Source of the DNA: a virus
DNA length: 64,000 bases
Virus record (IMG/VR): IMGVR_UViG_3300037502_002960
Location: 1-64,000 of that record
Strand: one strand, 5' to 3'
Below the pieces are notes generated by a model. It saw nothing but the letters and a program-made list of their open reading frames with translations. It ran no database searches and was not told the origin of the DNA. A program made the translations under genes and the position numbers. Of the stretch, positions 59,725 to 64,000 are shown one piece after another; position 1 is the first letter of the stretch; every line of letters begins with the position of its first letter.

Positions 59725-60207
59725 ATGGAAAAGACATTAATCAAATTGGTAAATAATAAGGTTACAGACAACTTTATTAACGTTAGTTCGGATGGCACAA
59801 GTTTTTGTTATATGGAAAGAAAGAAATTCAGAAGTGTTGAAGACATTAAAAAAGATGTAAAAAGAATTAGAAAAGATTTGAAAGATAAAGGAATTAAATT
59901 AGGAAAAACAGACACCTTATCAATTTTAAATGATAAAGACTATAAGTTGCTTTATGAAAAATCTATAGAAAAGTATAACAAATTATTTGATGAACTTATT
60001 ACTCTTTGGGAGCAAAAATTAGAAGAAGGTATATATTATGGTTGTTCAGATGATGAATTTTTGAATAGTAAAATACTCCCTTTACAGAATGAAATAAATT
60101 CAATGTTTAATAGAAATAAAGTTTTTTATAAATACCTAAATATAGAAAATAAAATTGTTGATTTAAAATACACAAATAAAGACTATTTATTAAAATTCTA
60201 CATTTAA
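59725..60207 (+). CDS. Hypothetical protein
   Basis: 160 aa, RBS AGGAGG, own promoter. Confidence 0.7.
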   Translation: MEKTLIKLVNNKVTDNFINVSSDGTSFCYMERKKFRSVEDIKKDVKRIRKDLKDKGIKLGKTDTLSILNDKDYKLLYEKSIEKYNKLFDELITLWEQKLEEGIYYGCSDDEFLNSKILPLQNEINSMFNRNKVFYKYLNIENKIVDLKYTNKDYLLKFYI

Positions 60208-60343
60208 ATGATATATTGGTTGATATGACTATAAGCGACTATTGAATAATTTCAATAGTCGCTTGACAAAAGACTTAAATTATGTTATAATATAAATATA
60301 GAGAGGTGATACTATTATAAAAACACAAAAAGGAGATGGGAAA

Positions 60344-61369
60344 ATGTTAAAACAGATAGATAAAGATGTAAAATATATGGAAAAAAGATTTTTTGAACTA
60401 TTAGATATTCATGGGGTTAGTGGTGACGAGGGTAGAGTAAGAGATTACCTTATCAAAGAACTTGCTCAAACAGTTGATAAAATTAAAGTTGATAATTACG
60501 GAAACCTACTTGCAGAAAAGAAATTTAATGGTGGTAAAGGTTCGGTAGTAATGTTATCTTCACACATGGATACAGTTAGAGGCGTTTTAAATGATAGAAA
60601 AGTAATCAAAGATAATAAGGGTAATATTCATTCTAACAAAGGTGCTTTGGGTGCAGATGATAGAGCAGGTATCGCAATCATTTTAGCAACTTATAAAAAG
60701 TTATTAAAAGAAAATGATTTTACTGGTACGGTTAAGTTTGCATTTAGCAGAGAAGAAGAAATTGGTTGTGTTGGTTCAAGTAAGATTGATAAAAATTTCT
60801 ACAAAGACGTTGATTTAGCCATTGTGGTAGATAGACGTGGGAATAGTGATATTGTAGGTGGTTGTTACAGTGCATTCTGTAGTAATGCTGTAGGAGATTT
60901 TATGGAGCATGTAGCTAAGTGTAATAATTTAGATTTTAGAATGGTAGAGGGCGGTATTTCTGATGCAGTGACGTTTTCAGAAAACGGAATCAATTCTGTA
61001 AACATTAGCGCAGGATACTATAATGAACACACAGATAAAGAATATGCAAGTATTTATGATATGGAGAAAAGTTTAGACCTTTTGATGGGAACTTTTGACA
61101 TGGTTAACACCTATAAAGAAGCTTTTGGTAGTGTACCAAAAGATGGAAATGATTGGGTTGGAAAAAAATATAGTTCAGCCTACTTTGAAGATGATTATTA
61201 TAATTACTACGATGATATGTGGTATGAAGAGTCAGACCCTAACGGTGAAGTATTCGCTTATGGTGACGGTAATAACATTTATATCGAGCAAGGAGACCAA
61301 CTAATAACATTAAACAAAAGCACGTTAGATTCTATTGTAACACAAATTTATATAGGGGCTGATAAATAA
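60344..61369 (+). CDS. M20/M28/M42-family zinc peptidase
   Basis: SHMDTV, GADDRAG, REEEIG, VDRRG, YYNEH metal ligands. Confidence 0.88.
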   Translation: MLKQIDKDVKYMEKRFFELLDIHGVSGDEGRVRDYLIKELAQTVDKIKVDNYGNLLAEKKFNGGKGSVVMLSSHMDTVRGVLNDRKVIKDNKGNIHSNKGALGADDRAGIAIILATYKKLLKENDFTGTVKFAFSREEEIGCVGSSKIDKNFYKDVDLAIVVDRRGNSDIVGGCYSAFCSNAVGDFMEHVAKCNNLDFRMVEGGISDAVTFSENGINSVNISAGYYNEHTDKEYASIYDMEKSLDLLMGTFDMVNTYKEAFGSVPKDGNDWVGKKYSSAYFEDDYYNYYDDMWYEESDPNGEVFAYGDGNNIYIEQGDQLITLNKSTLDSIVTQIYIGADK

Positions 61370-61665
61370 TGAAAACAAAAAAGACGTTAAAAAGAACAAA
61401 AATGGTAAAAATTAAAGACTTTAACTTATATTATTTTGGAGAAATGATAAAAACAAAAAACGATGATTACATGATTTATTTGAGAGGTGTAAAGCCTTGT
61501 ATCGGAGGATTCACAGGGTTTTATCTAGGCGACTTTAACCACGACTTTATCAAAAGGATTGACTTTATGTTAAGAGAGATTAGTCACAGTGATATCGCTA
61601 AACTAGATAGAAACACACTTGTATATATCGATAGTAAAAACAAAAAAATCTATGCTTTAAAATAA
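61369..61665 (+). CDS. Hypothetical protein
   Basis: 98 aa coupled by TAATG. Confidence 0.6.
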   Translation: MKTKKTLKRTKMVKIKDFNLYYFGEMIKTKNDDYMIYLRGVKPCIGGFTGFYLGDFNHDFIKRIDFMLREISHSDIAKLDRNTLVYIDSKNKKIYALK

Positions 61666-61673
61666 AGGGTTAA

Positions 61674-61811
61674 TTTTACTTTCTGAGCAGGTAGCTTAAA
61701 CAGAGAAATATAATATACTTAATAATAATATATAAATTAAATAAATAATATATTAAGACATATATAGTATATTATATTTCTCTACTTTGACTACCTTCTA
61801 AAAAAGTAAAA
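61674..61811. repeat. Long inverted repeat with AT-rich core, copy 3
   Basis: AGCAGGTAGCTTAAACAGAGAAATATAATATA...TATATTATATTTCTCTACTTTGACTACCT, same family as 37463 and 37791. Confidence 0.9.
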
Positions 61812-61847
61812 ATAATTATCATAATCTATTGACAAAAGTATAAAATA

Positions 61848-62363
61848 ATGATATACTATATATATAATAACATAAGAGGTGATAACATGGATTTTGAAAC
61901 AATTAACCGTGAAGCTAGAAACTTTTTGATTGAAGAGTATAACTTGTATTTACCGTTCGACGTAGAAATTAATGGAAGGCTAACAAGAACTTTTGGTAGG
62001 TTTGTTCACAGAGAAAGAGAGGCTCTAAAAGTTGAACTATCTAGACATTTTGTTGAAAATAACAAAAGAGAAGCAGTTTTAGATGTTTTAAAGCATGAAC
62101 TTATTCATTTTGCAATGTTTGTAAAAGGAAAACAGCACGAAGATGGAAGTAGAGATTTTGAAAGAGAATTAGAAAGACTTGGAGTAGTTAGCCAGAAAAA
62201 TGTTCACAAATACGATTTTAAAGTTAAACCAAAAAACTATAATATTTACGGTTGTTCAAAGTGTAAAAAAACAATAAAAAGAATTAAAAAGTTAGATACA
62301 AATAAATGGATGTGCAGTTGTGGTGGTAATCTTATTCACAACGGAAAGACTAAGGAGGTTTAA
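61848..62363 (+). CDS. SprT-like zinc metalloprotease
   Basis: NGRLTRTFGRF, HELIH, C-terminal CSKC..CSCGG; probable start ATG at 61887. Confidence 0.85.
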   Translation: MIYYIYNNIRGDNMDFETINREARNFLIEEYNLYLPFDVEINGRLTRTFGRFVHREREALKVELSRHFVENNKREAVLDVLKHELIHFAMFVKGKQHEDGSRDFERELERLGVVSQKNVHKYDFKVKPKNYNIYGCSKCKKTIKRIKKLDTNKWMCSCGGNLIHNGKTKEV

Positions 62364-62368
62364 TAGAA

Positions 62369-62812
62369 ATGATTAAGACAAAGTATTGGGAAATGAGACA
62401 AAAGGACTTGGGAAGATTTTGTGGTAACAGAAAACATTACTCACAAATGAGTGACTTTGAAACAAAAAAGATTGATAGAAAGTTGAAAAGGTTTGAGGAT
62501 TGGGAAATCCTCAAACATGCCAAAGACAGATTAAAAGAAAAAAATATTGGGTGTAAATATGACGATATTGTATCAACTATTTATAATTGTGATATAATTG
62601 AGTATAAGATTGACTATAATAAGTTTAAAGAGTGTTATGAAGAAAGAGTTGTTGTTAGGGGTCGTTCGTTGGTAAATGGTTCTTATAACCTAAACGTGGT
62701 GTTTAATATCACAACAGGAAGTGTAGTTACAGTTTGGGTGAATCATGTAAAAGATAATCATAAGACATTAGATTTCAGCATCTACAATAAAAGAATGAGA
62801 GTTTTTGCATAA
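62369..62812 (+). CDS. Hypothetical protein (DUF4258-like)
   Basis: KHAKDRLKEKNI..IIEY..VVTVWVN..DNHKTLD. Confidence 0.55.
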   Translation: MIKTKYWEMRQKDLGRFCGNRKHYSQMSDFETKKIDRKLKRFEDWEILKHAKDRLKEKNIGCKYDDIVSTIYNCDIIEYKIDYNKFKECYEERVVVRGRSLVNGSYNLNVVFNITTGSVVTVWVNHVKDNHKTLDFSIYNKRMRVFA

Positions 62813-62830
62813 CTAAAAGGGGGATTTAAA

Positions 62831-63499
62831 TTGTTAGGTTTAAATGAGGTAGAGGCTTTATTAGGAAAGATTGAAGGTCATATTGAGTCGATTAGTACAG
62901 ATAAGTATTATCACACAAAGAATTTTAAGAGTGACACAGGGGATGAATATAATGTGGTAGTGTTTCATAATATTGATGCCTACACGGACTTTTTAGATGT
63001 GATAGAAGGTATCGTTGGTAACGATTTTGATTCACTGTTTGAGTATTTTGGTGAACACGTTTATGATTTAGACCTTGGTAATAAGAAAGAAGAGATGCAA
63101 GATTTGTTGTATGATATATTTGGTAATGCATATATCAAAGAAGATTTAATCGAGTGCGATTCATGCGGTTCTGTATACTCACCATTCGGTGCAGGTATTA
63201 AAATCAATGATAAGAGCCTATGCCTATCTTGTGTAGCCCCAGAGGACAAAAAAGAGCTACTAGAAACATTCGTTAATAACTATAAAAATGTTAATACCTA
63301 TTTCACAGATGAAGAGTTGGTTGAGCTTGGTTTTGTAAAGGTTAGTAACGTAGATTTTGTTTATCGTGGTGTTGATTTTGACGTAGACCCAGAAGAGGTT
63401 TTAAAGGTTATTAATCAAAAATATGACAAGGTTATTTTTTCATTAGAATACTATGAAGAAGGTCATGTTGAGTATAGTGTGTGGGCGAAAGTGGATTAA
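62831..63499 (+). CDS. Hypothetical acidic protein with Zn finger
   Basis: 222 aa; CDSC..CLSC. Confidence 0.7.
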   Translation: MLGLNEVEALLGKIEGHIESISTDKYYHTKNFKSDTGDEYNVVVFHNIDAYTDFLDVIEGIVGNDFDSLFEYFGEHVYDLDLGNKKEEMQDLLYDIFGNAYIKEDLIECDSCGSVYSPFGAGIKINDKSLCLSCVAPEDKKELLETFVNNYKNVNTYFTDEELVELGFVKVSNVDFVYRGVDFDVDPEEVLKVINQKYDKVIFSLEYYEEGHVEYSVWAKVD

Positions 63500-63638
63500 A
63501 CAAAAATAGTCTATACTGTATTTGGTTTTCATATACTGTATAACAGAAACGGTCAAATATTACGGGCAAAAATAGGAAAAATTTTAAAAATTTTTAAGAA
63601 AAATATTTATAAAAGTGAAAAACAAGGGGGAAAACGCA

Positions 63639-64000
63639 GTGAAAACACGAAAAAAGCGTGATAAAAACAGACTTTTAACAACATTGGCGGTCTTGTTTTT
63701 TAGTGGTCTAGTTATTTCGATAATTGGATATGCAGTTGTTAACAATTTAGATTCATATAAAACTGAAAGTTATATTGAAAAAAGGTTTGAACAGTTAGAA
63801 TTGGCATACAAAGACTCTAAAAAAGATGATTTATCAAAAGAGGTTTTTGAAGATGATTATAAGCAAACAGTAGACGAGGTATTAGATGAAAACTTGGATG
63901 ATGGCGTTGTACAGGTTGAAAATGTTCAAGTAATCAACAACGAGCTTTTTAGATATGATTTATCAGATAAAGAAGTTGAGTTTATCAAAGTGTATCAAAA
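63639..64000 (+). CDS. Membrane-anchored protein, partial (runs off the right edge)
   Basis: GTG after AAGGGGG; basic N-terminus then LLTTLAVLFFSGLVISIIGYAVV; frame open to the edge. Confidence 0.6.
   Translation, partial: MKTRKKRDKNRLLTTLAVLFFSGLVISIIGYAVVNNLDSYKTESYIEKRFEQLELAYKDSKKDDLSKEVFEDDYKQTVDEVLDENLDDGVVQVENVQVINNELFRYDLSDKEVEFIKVYQ

Larger units (their letters stand above)
53565..61857 (+). promoter_or_regulatory. Ten near-consensus sigmaA promoters driving short early cassettes
   Basis: TTGACA-N17-TATAAT with -35 at 53565, 54891, 55124, 56435, 57579, 57856, 58636, 59667, 60263, and TATACT at 61829. Confidence 0.85.

Overview
This AT-rich 64-kb window is part of a large SPbeta-like siphophage or prophage of a Firmicutes (probably Bacillales) host. 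All family assignments come from motif reading, gene order and recall; no searches were run. Layout: (1) 1-31.8 kb, minus strand: virion morphogenesis operon (tail fibres, tail hub, distal tail protein, 2743-aa tape measure, tyrosine recombinase, tail tube, head-tail genes, capsid, portal, terminase). The terminase large subunit carries an ORF-less group I intron and an in-frame TAG just before Walker A. (2) 31.8-33.9 kb: an RNA island with a ROOL-like large ncRNA, a tRNA minihelix, an intron-containing tRNA-Arg(UCU), an unassigned pseudoknot-rich RNA of about 300 nt, a GIY-YIG relic, tRNA-Ile2(CAU) and a tRNA-like RNA with an extended anticodon arm. (3) 33.9-48.1 kb: PhoH, HU, an HTH/Rep-like gene with long AT-cored palindromes, a YopP-like recombinase-fold protein, RecD2 helicase and nucleases. 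(4) 48.2-49.4 kb: a G-rich to C-rich switch centred on a dif-like 28-bp site. (5) 51.7-54.9 kb, the most striking part: mostly non-coding DNA made of blocks resembling host-repressor operators. These include 44 uninterrupted (about 57 in total) 9-bp units forming overlapping CodY boxes, an NrdR-box cluster at about 31-bp spacing, CsoR-type operators, and cre/LacI- and ArgR-like sites, none next to cognate metabolic genes. I propose this as a DNA decoy ('operator sponge') or nutrient-sensing locus; that function is a hypothesis. (6) 53.6-64 kb: short early genes driven by ten near-perfect sigmaA promoters.
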